Source: Fistulifera solaris
Lineage: Eukaryota
Direction: 5' to 3'
NCBI GenBank assembly: GCA_030295235.1
Contig: AP026126.1
Span: forward strand, 1,984,001-2,048,000
DNA length: 64,000 nucleotides
Positions 62,301 through 64,000 of this stretch are shown one piece after another. The position numbers were made by a program, and so were the translations under genes. How positions within the stretch are numbered: the stretch's first letter is position 1; each line of letters opens with the position of its first letter. Below the pieces are notes generated by a model. That model saw only the letters and a list, made by a program, of their open reading frames with translations, was not told the origin of the DNA and searched no databases.

Positions 62301-63546
62301 ACGTTCGGTTTGCGAGAAGCGGAACCTCAATCCTGCTTTGTTTGAGGGGGCGACCATCATTGCTGTGAATGGTACGGAATTCGTAAGCGCTAGTGATGCC
62401 TTTGATGCGCTTCGTGAACCAGCACGGCCGAAAACAATCCGCTTTGAACTGGCTGAAAGCGAAGAAGCTGATAAGCTGAGACTATTCGTCGAGGCGTCGA
62501 GAACAGAAAAGGTATCCGACGGGTACATTCGGGGGTCACCGCAACGCAATTTAGAATATCGTATTGTTGAATTCATGTCGGATCGTGAACTGGGAATTGA
62601 ATTCGGAACTTCGGTGGACAATGCATGCCTTGTCGTGACTTCCTTTCTAGAGAGCCCAGATGGTATTGTTTACGAAGCTGAAAAATCTGGAAAGATTAAA
62701 ACCAACGACATCCTTACTCATATAAACGGGATTTTTGTGGCCGGAAAAGAAGGACCTCGAAAGGCTATAACTTTACTTGAGAAGAGCACGACGCAACAAG
62801 CCATGACGCTCCAGTTTTCGGACCCGTACATGCACACAGTTTACGCACAAAAAGTGAGCAAAGTTCCAGGAGCTGATTGCAACGGAGGGCCCGACGAGCT
62901 TGTACTCGAAGAAGTTTTGCGCAAAGATGGTTCCAAGCGGATAGCTGTCACTGGATTTAAAGAAGTAAGCGGAATGGCCGAAGGTGGCGGTATCATGCTC
63001 GGAGATTATTTAGTTTTTGTGAATGGGTTTCCAGTTGGTGCTGGTTGTCGATGGCTCGGCGTAGAACACAAGCCTGCTCTTGATGACGTTCTTGAGATGC
63101 TGCAAGAAGTATCGGCCTATCCCATGGGTCTCACATTCGCACGACCGAAACAAGGGAGTTCATTGTGGGAAGCCAGCTTTGGTGAGACGCATCTGCTTCA
63201 GGACGACGAAGCTGAAACAATTTGTATAACTGCGGAAAGCAGTGACAGAATTGGTTGTCTTTTCGATCAGGTAGAATCTGGGGATATCATGGTTCGCGAC
63301 TTCCACGGCGTTCCCGGACTTTTTCATCGCGCGTTCGTTTCATGTATTGAGAATGATCTCCAACTTCCTCTGTCAATCGAGTTCTTAAACTATGAGCTTG
63401 TCCCTTCTTATGCTACCGTCGACATTGTCAGAAGTGCTTTGAAGCGCGGTTGGAACTCTGATAGCAGCGTCACTATGCAAGTTTGCAACGACCGCGTGAA
63501 AGATTGGTTGTACTCCTCTGGCGAAGAAGGGAGCACGCAACGGTAA
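59394..63546 (+). CDS. Large protein with an N-terminal beta module, a long helical region, a TULIP/HAM1-C-like domain and several PDZ-like domains; intron 62063-62133; frameshifts near 60340, 60440 and 61460
   Basis: Consecutive ORFs in one orientation. LPSMPIPPFEG...YHISNL...ISAVFDNAEWSFEQTYLPYLKGDGKVDV...LAWIINK suggests a BPI/TULIP-like fold. PLGMNL...LKVVDF...IIAVNG...LREPARPKTIRF and ELGIEF...AEKSGKIKTNDILTHING are PDZ-like. Confidence 0.65.
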
Positions 63547-64000
63547 GGGAATGCAACTATGAGTGCAACGTTCTAAAGGGAACCGATAAATCGATCTAGT
63601 TTTTATAAACTGCGGAGACCGTAGTCTAGAGGCTCTAGACTTTAGATAACTGATGTTAAAGTATTGATTTTGAGTGCTCTACATAGTTCGGTCGGTTGTT
63701 GGCATTCTTGATTCTTGCATTATGCGAGTTCATGTGGGACTGTCGCTCCCATGTATTTCACTCTAGATTAGATTGTACGGATTCAGTTTCATTCCGAAAT
63801 GTTGTGCATTACTGACTGTATTACTGCCGAATCAATACCCGTTCTGCTAAATAGCAAACGGCTGAAAAGGCCCAAGGAAAGCATATCGTATATCGAATAT
63901 CGAATTAGATCATAGTCACAATTTCAATTTTCTTTAAGTCTTTGGTAGTCAATTACTTGGAGGCCGTATAGAACAATTACTTGTTTCATACATAGATTTC

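Noticed and set aside
1..64000. tRNA, rRNA or prokaryotic operon/defence system
   Set aside because: No tRNA or rRNA signatures were recognised by eye, and the genes carry spliceosomal introns. A covariance-model scan would be needed to exclude small RNAs.

Overview
Gene-dense eukaryotic nuclear DNA. Short GT-AG introns, a DUF6824-type protein and the overall gene content suggest a diatom or other stramenopile (inference; the species cannot be determined). About 26 protein-coding genes can be modelled: LSD1/amine-oxidase-like, YrdC-like, DUF6824-type, DGAT2, StrG-like, OB-fold, Rab-like, PAC4, complex-I-type ferredoxin, TRF4-type and canonical poly(A) polymerases, DUF711, MFSD5, LRR, histidine phosphatase, HDHD3-like, RING-H2, GPR89, FIGNL1, a SNF2N-like/C2H2/AP2/FHA protein, a putative mitoribosomal peptide, BUD23, PCBD, a BRUTUS/HRZ-like hemerythrin-CHY-RING ligase, RIX1-like and a large TULIP-like/PDZ protein. 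Many ORFs carry single-base frameshifts, often in homopolymer runs, most likely long-read consensus errors. Non-genic structure read directly from the sequence includes a 34-bp minisatellite, a 1334-bp non-autonomous PIF/Harbinger-type element (29-bp perfect TIRs, TCA target duplication) and a 5'-truncated RLE-type non-LTR retrotransposon with poly(A) tail and target-site duplication. Genes alternate strand almost perfectly (22 of 25 neighbour pairs), and GTAC/GGTACC palindrome clusters recur in the divergent promoters. The most interesting candidates are the BRUTUS-like putative iron sensor (with a retroelement just upstream) and the pseudo-SNF2/AP2/FHA regulator. All family assignments are by recognition of motifs; no database searches were run.
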